Notes under the pieces: generated by a model
Database searches by the model: none
What the model was told of the DNA's origin: nothing
What the model saw: the letters and a program-made list of their open reading frames with translations, nothing else
In this document: piece by piece, positions 10,212 to 20,390 of the stretch
Layout: every line of letters starts with the position of its first letter
How positions within the stretch are numbered: the stretch's first letter is position 1
Made by a program: the position numbers and the translations under genes
Source of the DNA: a virus
DNA: 64,000 bases
Reading direction: 5' to 3' (one strand)
Virus record (IMG/VR): IMGVR_UViG_3300025849_000010
Location: 32,001 to 96,000 of that record

Positions 10212-11705
10212 TTACACCTTTAGTACACATTCAACTAGCTTTTCATCTTCGTCACTATTTGATTCTAGTGCTATCCCTACTAGTGCATTTGTTGCTGTAG
10301 TAGTACTTACGCCGTCTGTCATTGCATAAACTGCTTGACCTTTGCGCACAGCACCTTTTACTCTTACTGGAACACGCCCTTTAAGTGCAATATATTGTCC
10401 ATCTGCTTCGCTATTCATTTTAAATGCAGGATCAGTTGAAACTACTCCTACACAAAAGTCTTGTGCAGCAGCTAGATCTACTTCGTGGTCTGGATGATCA
10501 CATACTGCTACTGCTGTACCTGCTGGTAATTCTTCTGCTGTTGTATATTTCTCTGCCAAGTCAGCGTATTGTGCTTCAGTTGCAACACCTGCAAATTTTG
10601 TAGCATTAATTGTACCTTGTGCATCTCTAACCGGAATAGTTAACGGATTGTCGGCTACTGTTGCTCTTGCAAACAAGCCACTTCCCTGTCCATTATATTC
10701 AACTTCCTGTGATTGTGTAACCACACCGTCGAATGTATCAGCATACACAGTTCTAAATTTAATAGTATTTGTTCCTAAGTCGCTTGTACTATCTGTTTCT
10801 GGTCTAAAAGTATTAGCACTAACTCTAAAACGTATTGAACTACTGTCTTGGAACGCAATATCTGTTCCGCCGTTGTTATTAACTACTGCAATGTTTCCGT
10901 TATTAAATAGCTTAAACGTGTCAGCCGAACCAATTGTTAAACCACCACTTGCTCCTTCTGCACGAATATTAGTTTGTGCAAGCATTTCTGGGGAATTTTT
11001 CTGAACAAACTCTGAAGAGTCAAATACAGTTCCGTCAACAACAAGTTTTTCAGCAGCACTAGCAGTACCCCAGAACCTTGTTGGTCCTGATGTGTAGCCT
11101 GTTGAGTTTGTATTTCTTAGAGTAAGTCCTGATTTAACTTCAGTGTAGTTAGCAAGGTCTAAGTTTTCAGCTTCTGCTGTATTAATGGGGAACGATTCTT
11201 GAGAAACAGTAAAAATAACATCGCCGTTTACATAAGCTCTTACAATAGGTTTTAGGGATCCGTCATAAGATGATTTAGCAAAGCCTGTTTCTAGCTGTGT
11301 TACTTGTCCTTGTGATGTAGTCTGCGGACCTACAAGGATATATTCTGAACCAGTGTATACAAACACTTGATCGTTTGCACTATCTAACCAAAAATCGCCT
11401 GCTGTTTGGCCTTCTGGCTGGAGTGTAGATACTTCAGCACCAGAAGCTGGGCGGAAGCGTTGTCCATCGTAGAACCTAATTCTATTCTCTGTTGCATCGT
11501 ACCAAATCATACCAGTCACTTTACGTGCTGGTTCTCCTGTACCTGCAAAGTTTTCTAACAAGTGATAAAAATTTTCATTTTGTAACTCGCCGTAACCAGC
11601 ATAGTTTTTACCAATCATCTTCAATGCTGTTGATTGATTAACTGTGCCGTCCTCAATAGTGATGTCGCTGTTGACACCAGTAAAACTGTTTATTGTATAA
11701 GCCAT
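10212..11705 (-). CDS. Tail fibre protein with C-terminal G2-type intramolecular chaperone-like domain
   Basis: Shared fibre N-domain (IGKNYAGYG..ENF..LLENFA); C-terminal YADLAEKY...GVVS..PA..MN...IALKGRVPV. Confidence 0.7.
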   Translation of the reverse strand: MAYTINSFTGVNSDITIEDGTVNQSTALKMIGKNYAGYGELQNENFYHLLENFAGTGEPARKVTGMIWYDATENRIRFYDGQRFRPASGAEVSTLQPEGQTAGDFWLDSANDQVFVYTGSEYILVGPQTTSQGQVTQLETGFAKSSYDGSLKPIVRAYVNGDVIFTVSQESFPINTAEAENLDLANYTEVKSGLTLRNTNSTGYTSGPTRFWGTASAAEKLVVDGTVFDSSEFVQKNSPEMLAQTNIRAEGASGGLTIGSADTFKLFNNGNIAVVNNNGGTDIAFQDSSSIRFRVSANTFRPETDSTSDLGTNTIKFRTVYADTFDGVVTQSQEVEYNGQGSGLFARATVADNPLTIPVRDAQGTINATKFAGVATEAQYADLAEKYTTAEELPAGTAVAVCDHPDHEVDLAAAQDFCVGVVSTDPAFKMNSEADGQYIALKGRVPVRVKGAVRKGQAVYAMTDGVSTTTATNALVGIALESNSDEDEKLVECVLKV

Positions 11706-11743
11706 TTCTTTCGAACCCCTAAATGTTTTGTTCTTCTATGTAT

Positions 11744-14700
11744 TTATTTGTTTTCTAACTTTGCTAGACGAGCTTCGAGATCATCTATCTTGTTAAGTGC
11801 ATTTTGCAATGCGCCAGTAAGTAAAGGTACTAATTTACTATGATCTAGCTGCTGTGCTTTAACTCTGCCATCATCTTCAACTGCATCTTTTTCTCCGTAC
11901 ACTGCTTGTGGTACAACTTCTTGCACTTGGTGTGCTAAGAAACCGTCGTGTACATTTTCATTTTCATCTGCAATATATGTAAACTTAATTGGTTTCAGAG
12001 CTTTTACACGATCAGCAGCATCAGACATATCGCCTACAACTTCTTTTAATCTATAATCAGAAGTTGTGTTGTATGCTGTAGTTGATCCATCAGTTGTAAC
12101 AGAACCAATTGTGCCGTTGGCATTTTTAAAGCTAATTACGTCACGAAGTGCAGTAGTATTTGTACCAAACTCCATATCGCCACTAGTTGTAATCATTACA
12201 CGGTTGGCTGTAGGACTAAATGCTCCGCCGCCGATGATGAATTGACTACTGTTCATTCTCATTACTTCTGATAGACCGCTTTCAAAGTATACAGAAGCAG
12301 AGTTAGATCCACCAATATAAGTATCTGGGTTACCTTTAAATCTGCCGCCTTTGCCGGTGCCACTACCAATACCTTGGAATAATGCATCTCCGTTTGACGT
12401 ACTTTGGACTCTTGCTTCTTGGTCAGCTGTGCCTGAAATATGCAGTTCTGCAGACAATGAAGTGTTTAAACCAATGCCTAATCCGGAACTGAAATAACCA
12501 GTACGGAAATTGTTAATCTGTGAACCCACGTCATAAGTTGCATTAGTGTTAGGAAATACTGATCCACTAACATTTGCAAGTTTTGTCTGTACTCTTGCAT
12601 CAGTGTAGTACAAGTTTAGACCTTCGCCTAAGTTTGTAGTTGATTTATTTCCAAAAGCAGTGTCAAAACGTGATTGTGTATAGTATAAGTTAGTTCCTTC
12701 TGCAACAACAGTTGAGCTAATAGATTGCCAAGTAGCTGCTCCTAGTCCGTTAGTAATAAGAGCTTGGTTTGCCGATCCATCTGTTGCTGGAATTGTAAAT
12801 GCATTTGCAAATTTAGAAACGCCTGTACTTGAGTTAACACTGTATAGTTCTGTTCCGGAGTTATTAATAACTTTAAAGTATTCATTTGCACCGTTTGAAA
12901 CGTCAGTATCTAGTCGTACTGTAATGCCACCTTGTGAACGCATCTCTGAACCGTCAATAACCATAGAACTTGTATTATCACTAAATGTAACACTACCGTT
13001 CATAGCATGATTTGATGCATATGTCAAGTCGCCAAGTGTTGCCGAGCCGTTGATCTGTAGTTGTCCAGTAGCAGCATAATCAACAATGTTTGTTAAACTT
13101 CTAGCTGCGGTAATAACTTCAACACTTCCGATACCAAGGTTGCCATTAATATCTAAACGCTGCACCGGACTCTGTGTACCAAAGCCAACATTACCGTCTG
13201 CGCCGTTAACAAACACTGCATCAGGTGCGCCGTTGCCTTCAATTCGGAAGTTAACATCTGCGCCAGTCTCGTTGAACACAACTTCATTGTTACCAAACGA
13301 ATGCTCTACATAAACGTTGTTTTTGTAGTTTTCAAAAATAGTACGTGACGCTTTGGTTGATGCTGTAAAGTCTAAAATCTGTGATCTTATTCTACTAAAT
13401 GCAGTTTCGTTGCCTAAGTTGTCATTGCCAGTTAACTGTATACCACCAATAAAGTCACTATCTGCAGGGTTTGCAGAATCTCTGTACACATTAAAGTACG
13501 GACCTGCGTCAGTTGTTGATTCTGTATTTTTAATTCTAGCAACTACAAGATCTGAAACTCCATCAACATCAAGTTTATATGTTGCAGGTCTAGGAGTTGC
13601 TCCGTAAATTACAGGATCGTACCCGATACCTAGTTTTCCATTTGGAATGTAAATATCGCCTGTGCCTTGTGGCCTTAGTTCAATATCTGCATTACTATCT
13701 ATTGTACTAATTACGTTATCTCTAAAGTTAATAGTTCCGCCAATTGTTAACTCGTTAACATTAAGCGAAGCTGTATCAACTGCTAGTGCTTTAACAGTAC
13801 CGTTAACATCGAGCAATGCTTGTGCAGTTGTTTTACCAATTGCAACACGACCTTGCGTATCAGTTCCTAATGGTTGAATTGCTAAGTTACGTCCGCCTTG
13901 ACTCAATTCCTTTGCTTCAATAAATGCAAAGTCTGCGTTTGTTTCGTAACCCATACCAAGTACAAAATTAGTATTATTTGCCCCTGTAACTTTTAGTTGT
14001 GCATCTTGTGCATAGTTAACTGTATTAAGATCCTTAGCAACAGTTGCATTGCCGTCAGTATCTAGTGTGCCAGTAAGTGTTAGATTATTAAACTGTACAT
14101 TAGAAGTTGTTTCAACTGGCTGACCTATTGCGATTTGTCCGCTAGCATTATCATATGTAACACCTGTGCTGCCTGCTAAACTTAGTCTTGCTCTTGCTTC
14201 TGTAAAATATCTATTATTATTTCCTTCAGATATTTCATTTGAAGTTAGTGTAACTACTCCAGTTAAACCGTTAACACTGTCTACAGGCGAATCAATTGTG
14301 ATAATACCTGTGCCGCTGTTGTAAGTACCGTCGCCAGTTACACTAATAGCTGCTCTTGCTCTAGCATCTGTAAAGTATAAGTTTGACGTGCCTTCTGCTA
14401 AAGCGTTTGTTGTAGTACTCGATAGTGATGCTGCAAACCTAGAGTTAGTATAGTAGAAGTTAGTTATTCCTTCGCTTAGATCATCTGAATCTTTTGCACC
14501 AAATGCCGTATCAAATCTACCTTGAGTATAATATACATTAGTTGATCCTTCAGATAACGCATCAGTAGATTCTGCTATTGGAAAATATCCAGCGCCATCA
14601 TTTGTTGCTTCCCATCTGTCTGACGATTCGTTCCAGCGTATTAATACATTAGTTAATGAACCTCGTTCAACTTCAATACCTGCATTGAGTGTAGGAAGAG

Positions 14701-17659
14701 TTGTTTGGTTTGAATTGAGTGTAATAATATTATCTGCAATATTAACTGTTGTTGAATTAACTGTAGTAGTTGTGCCTGTAATAGTTAAGTCGCCTTCGAC
14801 AATCATTCCAGTTAGTACACGAACACTGCCGCCACCAAATGCATCAAGTTCTAGATCTGAACTAGAAACTGCTGTACGTATTTTGTTTCCTTCTATAAAC
14901 AATGCATCAGTAGTAAACCTTGCACTATAAATGTCAGTACCTTGTACAGGACTAAAGAAGTCAATAAAGCCACCCGGAGTTGCGCCAATTTGGATATTTC
15001 CAGGAGTATTAACTTGTGTAATTGTGTTTCCGCTGATACTAATGTCGCCAATGTCAGCTGCCGTGTTTACATCTAAGTTTTCTAATAAAGCAAGTCCTGT
15101 AGTTGTTAAACCAACAAACTGAGGCGATGCTGATTGTGCAACATCTTGACCAATTGCAATAGAACCAGTTGTATTATTATATGTTACGCCTGTGCTGCCA
15201 CTTAGTGCAGCTCTTGCTCTCGCATCTGTATAGTAAAGATTAACAACGCCTTCCGGAACACCGTCTGTTGTTCCAGTAAACACACTAGCACTACCTAACG
15301 GAGTATATGTTATACCGTTGTTTGAAAATTCCCATTGATCATTAGTTTCATTCCAACGTATACCTACGTTGTTTGCTGATCCACGTTCAACTGTAAAGTT
15401 AATATCCTGCGTTGGAGCAGCAGTTTCATCAGAATTCATTAACAATGTAAGGCCTGCATAACGCAAGTTTGTTGAGTTAATCTGTGTTGTTGAGCCGCCT
15501 AATGTTGTGTTACCTGTGGTTATTAATCCACCAAATGTAGGAATTGCTGTAGGAGCAACATCTTGACCAATTGCAATAGTACCTGTAGTATTGTTGTATG
15601 TAACACCGTTTGCACCTGTTAATGATTGTCTAGATCTTAGAGCAGTAAAGTATAAATTAACAGTACCTTCAGTTAAATCATCAGTATCAAATACTGTCAT
15701 ATCAACACGCACTTCGTTAGCTGTTGCTATAATACCATTACCAGCAGCAACGTTAATAGTAACATCTCCTGTTAGCTGTGTATTACCTGCGTCCACTAAT
15801 CCTGCACCAGCAAATACGTTTACGCCTGCGCTAATACGAGTTGCAACTTCTGCATCAACATACGCTTTGAAGTTTGGATTATTATCAATACTTGCTGCAA
15901 TTTCTGATAACGTATTCATACTAGAAATAGGAGCCGGAGTTCCAAGAATGTTATCACGAATTGTGTTTACATAGGTAGTAGTTGTGTAGTTGTTGGCTGT
16001 TAAGTACGACTGAACACGTTCGTTAGTATAGTATTTTCTATTTAAATCAGCACTTATGCCGTCTAGCCCATTAGTATAAACTGCATCTGCCCATTCAGCA
16101 CCATTCCAAAATACAGCATCGCCCTGTGTGCCTTCTGGCAATCTGTTAGAGTCAACTCGAACAGTGCCGCCCAGTCCTTGAACTGTGTTAACACCGGCGT
16201 TTGCTGCAACAAGCAAATCAACATAATTTTTAGTTGTAGCATCTGTACTAGAAGTCGGTTCAGACATGTTTTTAATTTGTACTGTTCTTACTCCAGCTTG
16301 TCCTAATAAAAGAACTCCGCTAGTTGTATCGATAGTTATTGGACTAGACGAAGCAATTGTGCTATTTTGTAAATATAACCCACTTACTGAACTAATAAGT
16401 AAGTCTTCTAAAATACCTACATTAGTTAAGTTAGAGTTTACAACACTATTACCTAAAGTGTCTGCACTCAAAATCATTTGTTTGTTAATTGAGTATTTTT
16501 TGCCGCTAGGTAGATCGAAGTCTTGATTTGATCTCCAATATCCGCTATCAGAAGAATCGTAAGTTAAGCTAGCATTAGCACCAGAAAGTGTAATGCCGCC
16601 ACCGTTTACGTCACCTGCACTAATAGCGCCACTGCCTAATGTTAGATTACTGTCTTCAACTACAACTTCCGTAGTTGAAATAGTTGTTAATTCTCCATCA
16701 ACTCTTAAATTACCTGTAATACGGGCATCGCCGCCAACATCAAGTGTATATTCTGGGGATGAAGAAAATATACCAACTGATCTGTTAGGCGTATTAATTG
16801 TAATGGCGTTTTCTCTAATGCCGTCAACACTAACACTAATTGCCATTGTTTGGTTACTTCTAGTATTAGTAATGTTGTAGCGATCAGATTCCATAGTATG
16901 TGTTACCTGACCTTGTGCGCCTAGAACAACACCGTTATTTGAGGCAACTGTTAATCTACCATTAATTGTTCCAGAAGTATAAGTTGACAAAAACTGCGAA
17001 GCATCTCTACGTACACCACTAGCGTCCAATAAGAACTTTGCAGTATCAACTGTTACGTTATTGTTAGTAAATGTCTGCGCAGTACTAGCATTAAAGCCGG
17101 TATATAAGTTGTCACCTAGTTCTGGAATTTGGCCAGCTAATGGAACAAAATTCTTTGGAGAGTACGCACCTAGCATTACACCATCTGTAAATATCTTAGT
17201 AATAGTTACCGGCTGTAGCTGATCATCTCTAATTGTTTCAGTAACAAATCCGCTTGTGTTTTGTGACTTACTGTAAATAGGTCCTGCTAATGTAAGGTCA
17301 GTTCCATCATAAAAGTACATTTGGTTTTCTTTCGAATCCATCCAAATGTCGCCTGCAACAAGTGCAGTTGGCTGTGTTTCTGAAACAATTGGGCCAGCGC
17401 CTGCTCTAAATGTACTACCATCGTAAATTTTAAGTCTATTTTCGTTTTTATCATACCACAACTGACCTTGCAACGGATTGCGCGGACTTGTAGAACTTGC
17501 AAAGTTTTCAAGCAACTTAACAAAGTTTTCGTTTAGTATCTCACCAAACCCTGCATAGTTTCTACCTATCAGTGTAATGTCGATACTATTACTGTCAATA
17601 GTACCGTCAATTACTTCTGTAATCAGCGTCCCATCTGTTCTATTGATTCTATATGCCAT
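11744..17659 (-). CDS. Long tail fibre protein with C-terminal peptidase S74 intramolecular chaperone
   Basis: Shared N-domain; EGxxNLYYT repeats; C-terminal TSDYRLKE..GFLAHQVQEVVPQAV..LVPLL followed by a coiled coil. Confidence 0.8.
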   Translation of the reverse strand: MAYRINRTDGTLITEVIDGTIDSNSIDITLIGRNYAGFGEILNENFVKLLENFASSTSPRNPLQGQLWYDKNENRLKIYDGSTFRAGAGPIVSETQPTALVAGDIWMDSKENQMYFYDGTDLTLAGPIYSKSQNTSGFVTETIRDDQLQPVTITKIFTDGVMLGAYSPKNFVPLAGQIPELGDNLYTGFNASTAQTFTNNNVTVDTAKFLLDASGVRRDASQFLSTYTSGTINGRLTVASNNGVVLGAQGQVTHTMESDRYNITNTRSNQTMAISVSVDGIRENAITINTPNRSVGIFSSSPEYTLDVGGDARITGNLRVDGELTTISTTEVVVEDSNLTLGSGAISAGDVNGGGITLSGANASLTYDSSDSGYWRSNQDFDLPSGKKYSINKQMILSADTLGNSVVNSNLTNVGILEDLLISSVSGLYLQNSTIASSSPITIDTTSGVLLLGQAGVRTVQIKNMSEPTSSTDATTKNYVDLLVAANAGVNTVQGLGGTVRVDSNRLPEGTQGDAVFWNGAEWADAVYTNGLDGISADLNRKYYTNERVQSYLTANNYTTTTYVNTIRDNILGTPAPISSMNTLSEIAASIDNNPNFKAYVDAEVATRISAGVNVFAGAGLVDAGNTQLTGDVTINVAAGNGIIATANEVRVDMTVFDTDDLTEGTVNLYFTALRSRQSLTGANGVTYNNTTGTIAIGQDVAPTAIPTFGGLITTGNTTLGGSTTQINSTNLRYAGLTLLMNSDETAAPTQDINFTVERGSANNVGIRWNETNDQWEFSNNGITYTPLGSASVFTGTTDGVPEGVVNLYYTDARARAALSGSTGVTYNNTTGSIAIGQDVAQSASPQFVGLTTTGLALLENLDVNTAADIGDISISGNTITQVNTPGNIQIGATPGGFIDFFSPVQGTDIYSARFTTDALFIEGNKIRTAVSSSDLELDAFGGGSVRVLTGMIVEGDLTITGTTTTVNSTTVNIADNIITLNSNQTTLPTLNAGIEVERGSLTNVLIRWNESSDRWEATNDGAGYFPIAESTDALSEGSTNVYYTQGRFDTAFGAKDSDDLSEGITNFYYTNSRFAASLSSTTTNALAEGTSNLYFTDARARAAISVTGDGTYNSGTGIITIDSPVDSVNGLTGVVTLTSNEISEGNNNRYFTEARARLSLAGSTGVTYDNASGQIAIGQPVETTSNVQFNNLTLTGTLDTDGNATVAKDLNTVNYAQDAQLKVTGANNTNFVLGMGYETNADFAFIEAKELSQGGRNLAIQPLGTDTQGRVAIGKTTAQALLDVNGTVKALAVDTASLNVNELTIGGTINFRDNVISTIDSNADIELRPQGTGDIYIPNGKLGIGYDPVIYGATPRPATYKLDVDGVSDLVVARIKNTESTTDAGPYFNVYRDSANPADSDFIGGIQLTGNDNLGNETAFSRIRSQILDFTASTKASRTIFENYKNNVYVEHSFGNNEVVFNETGADVNFRIEGNGAPDAVFVNGADGNVGFGTQSPVQRLDINGNLGIGSVEVITAARSLTNIVDYAATGQLQINGSATLGDLTYASNHAMNGSVTFSDNTSSMVIDGSEMRSQGGITVRLDTDVSNGANEYFKVINNSGTELYSVNSSTGVSKFANAFTIPATDGSANQALITNGLGAATWQSISSTVVAEGTNLYYTQSRFDTAFGNKSTTNLGEGLNLYYTDARVQTKLANVSGSVFPNTNATYDVGSQINNFRTGYFSSGLGIGLNTSLSAELHISGTADQEARVQSTSNGDALFQGIGSGTGKGGRFKGNPDTYIGGSNSASVYFESGLSEVMRMNSSQFIIGGGAFSPTANRVMITTSGDMEFGTNTTALRDVISFKNANGTIGSVTTDGSTTAYNTTSDYRLKEVVGDMSDAADRVKALKPIKFTYIADENENVHDGFLAHQVQEVVPQAVYGEKDAVEDDGRVKAQQLDHSKLVPLLTGALQNALNKIDDLEARLAKLENK

Positions 17660-19752
17660 TATGTTATTTCCCCAGCGTAAATGATAAAGTTGAGAGACAT
17701 GTAAGGGTTAAGTACATTTAAAGGTGTGCCTGTTTGTACTTCAGTGCCATCAGGACCGACTACACTACCTGCATTTGAAGATAGTTGTCCACCGTCTGTG
17801 ACTGTTCCTGATGAAGTAATTGACATTCCGTTTCCTGTTTGCCCGTCATTGTAATCTCTGTAAGCATAGAAAGGATCACCTGTTGTGCTTTCCATGTTAT
17901 GCGAGTGTTCTGGTAGGTTGCTAGCACTTAAAGTTCTTGACTCTGCGCCGCCTGTTCTACCCACTGCCGAAGCAGCATTATTTGACACGCGGTTAGCTGC
18001 GCCGCCACCAGTGCCTTCTAAGTTATTCATACTATCTACACCAAGGACCATACGGCCTCTTAAGTCTGGTAGATAAAAATTACCAGGCTGTGGATCATCT
18101 AGCTGTGGATATAAATTGCTTGCTCCGCCGAGTACAGTATATAATTGATTAAATTTTGTTTGACTTACCTGACTTCCGTCACATAGTAGCCATCCTGCAG
18201 GTCTTGTTGCTACAACACTCCAATCACCTGCCCAAGGCGTAATACTCCCCACTGGCAAAGTTGGTACTAAACTTAATAAATCATTAACTGTGGTTTTTCT
18301 TAAAGCGTTGCCAACGTCATTGATTAAAAGTTCGTCTGCTTCTCTATTAATATCTGCTCTAGGTAATAAACTTTTATTACCAATAAGTTCTGGTCCAAGT
18401 GTAGTTTCAAATTCTTGAACAAACTGGCCTGTTCCAGCATTTGCAGTACCGTCGTATTCAACTTCGGTGCTTGTAACATCTCCTACTAATCTAAATGTAG
18501 TTGAGTTAGCAAGCGAAGTTGCACTTTCAACGTTACCTTCAATTGTTAGGTTACTACCAGTAATGGTTTCTGCATTTAATACTGTAGTATAAACTGTATT
18601 TGTATAAAGATTTCTGTACTTATTAGATGCACTACCGATGTCATGAATGCCTTGACCTTCGGTAACAAGATTTGTAGTTGTTAAGTTTCCATTAACTTTT
18701 ACAATGTCGTTAAAATAAGACTGCCCAGCAACACCAATGCCACCCGCTGTTCTTATAGAACCTGTTTGACTGTTGGTGCTTGCTTCTGTTCCTGTAACAA
18801 CTACTGCTGTTGCATTGCTATTAATGACAGTACTGTTTCCAGTTACTACTATGTTTCCAGCGTTGGATATAGTAACCGGAGTTGTTTGTATTCCAGCATT
18901 ATTAACTTGGAATTTGATGTCGGCGCCGTCAACGTTATTAGTTAAAATTCCGTCGCCGCCAGCAACTCGAACATTAAATGTACCTTCTTCGCCTAAGAAT
19001 ACGCCCGCATCTGCTTTAACACGCAAATTGCCTTGTATTGCTCCGCTAATATCATTTCTTAAAAATTTATCAGCACTAATAGTACTGCCAGCAATACTTA
19101 ACGCTTCAGCACGTTCGGCTGTTCCGTAGTATTTAAATGCTAAACCAGATGTTGCATTTTTAAGGGTAATTCCTTTGTACAATAAATCAAATCCTGGAAT
19201 TTTAGTTCTTGGTCTAATGTAAGGAATACCTGTTGATTCTTCAGCAGAGTTAATAACTGCAATTAATTCGTTTGCAATGAATACTTTAATAACAAAATAA
19301 GTGTTGTTGTTAACATCAACAACTTCTTCTGCAATAATACCTGTTTTATTGCCTTCGCTATAGTTTGGTCCTACTAAGATCCAAGCACCATTAGCAAACA
19401 AGTACAATGTTTTATTTTGCGAGTCAACCCATAGATCGCCTTCTTGTGTTTCTGCCGCTGTCGGTTTCGTATTTGATTTTTTAAGGCCGCCAATTTCAAC
19501 CCACTGTGTACTATCAAATACGTACATAACGTTTGTTGTGGTATTATACCATATTTGTCCTTCAACAGGATTATTTGGAGCATCGATATTAGCAAAGTTT
19601 TCTAATAAGTGCAAAAAGTTTTCGCCAGTTGCAACTGCATAACCGGCAGTATTTTTACCAATAAACTTTAAATCAGTTTGTTCATTAATAGTAAGATCAT
19701 CTACAACAATAGGTTCTTTAGTAGTATCACTAAATGTAATAGTATATGGCAT
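17659..19752 (-). CDS. Tail fibre protein with phage tail-collar domain
   Basis: PVGSITPWAG..PAGWLLCDG..LPDLRGR..NLPEHSH..NPYMSLNFII; shared N-domain. Confidence 0.8.
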   Translation of the reverse strand: MPYTITFSDTTKEPIVVDDLTINEQTDLKFIGKNTAGYAVATGENFLHLLENFANIDAPNNPVEGQIWYNTTTNVMYVFDSTQWVEIGGLKKSNTKPTAAETQEGDLWVDSQNKTLYLFANGAWILVGPNYSEGNKTGIIAEEVVDVNNNTYFVIKVFIANELIAVINSAEESTGIPYIRPRTKIPGFDLLYKGITLKNATSGLAFKYYGTAERAEALSIAGSTISADKFLRNDISGAIQGNLRVKADAGVFLGEEGTFNVRVAGGDGILTNNVDGADIKFQVNNAGIQTTPVTISNAGNIVVTGNSTVINSNATAVVVTGTEASTNSQTGSIRTAGGIGVAGQSYFNDIVKVNGNLTTTNLVTEGQGIHDIGSASNKYRNLYTNTVYTTVLNAETITGSNLTIEGNVESATSLANSTTFRLVGDVTSTEVEYDGTANAGTGQFVQEFETTLGPELIGNKSLLPRADINREADELLINDVGNALRKTTVNDLLSLVPTLPVGSITPWAGDWSVVATRPAGWLLCDGSQVSQTKFNQLYTVLGGASNLYPQLDDPQPGNFYLPDLRGRMVLGVDSMNNLEGTGGGAANRVSNNAASAVGRTGGAESRTLSASNLPEHSHNMESTTGDPFYAYRDYNDGQTGNGMSITSSGTVTDGGQLSSNAGSVVGPDGTEVQTGTPLNVLNPYMSLNFIIYAGEIT

Positions 19753-19754
19753 TC

Positions 19755-20366
19755 TTAGACCTCACTTCCGCCACTTAGACTTTGAATTCTAACTGTATAA
19801 TCAATTTGAATAAGTCTGTTCAGTGACTTTTGTACTGGGTGGAAAATAACATGAGTAACAAGTAAGTTATCGCCTGTAGTGCGCTTTGCTTTTAGACCAA
19901 GTTCGTCAAATACAAATAATGCTTCGGTATCGGTAGAGTTATCAAAAGCATCTTGACCTTCTGGTTCGCCGTAGTCTAGTAAACAACTTACAACAATATC
20001 AGTATAATTAACACCGGTAACATGGCGAGTTTCAATTCTGTTTCTTAGCGGGTCAGTGTTTTCAGTACTGCGATCGTCAACAACCTTACTAAATGTTTGA
20101 TTGTACAAACTTGCATTGGTTCCTGTTGAGTTAGGAGTTAAGTAAGTGATAATGCCTGTTGGGTCAACCGCAGTTCCTCCATTACCAAAGCTCATTTCAT
20201 ATATGTTACCTTGGCCAGCATTAGCAATACTTTCAGCTAACGCAATACTCATGTTCTCATAGTGAATAGCATTTCGCTTATTCACATAGACTTCCTTAGT
20301 TTCCGGATCATATATTTTAATATGCCCTTCTACGTGTATCCCACTCGGTTCATTAATTTTTGTCAT
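19755..20366 (-). CDS. Conserved baseplate/tail-associated protein
   Basis: 203 aa between fibre genes and the giant baseplate gene; FDELGL and THVIFHPVQKS motifs. Confidence 0.55.
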   Translation of the reverse strand: MTKINEPSGIHVEGHIKIYDPETKEVYVNKRNAIHYENMSIALAESIANAGQGNIYEMSFGNGGTAVDPTGIITYLTPNSTGTNASLYNQTFSKVVDDRSTENTDPLRNRIETRHVTGVNYTDIVVSCLLDYGEPEGQDAFDNSTDTEALFVFDELGLKAKRTTGDNLLVTHVIFHPVQKSLNRLIQIDYTVRIQSLSGGSEV

Positions 20367-20390
20367 ATTTTTCTCTCTACCATATTGTAT

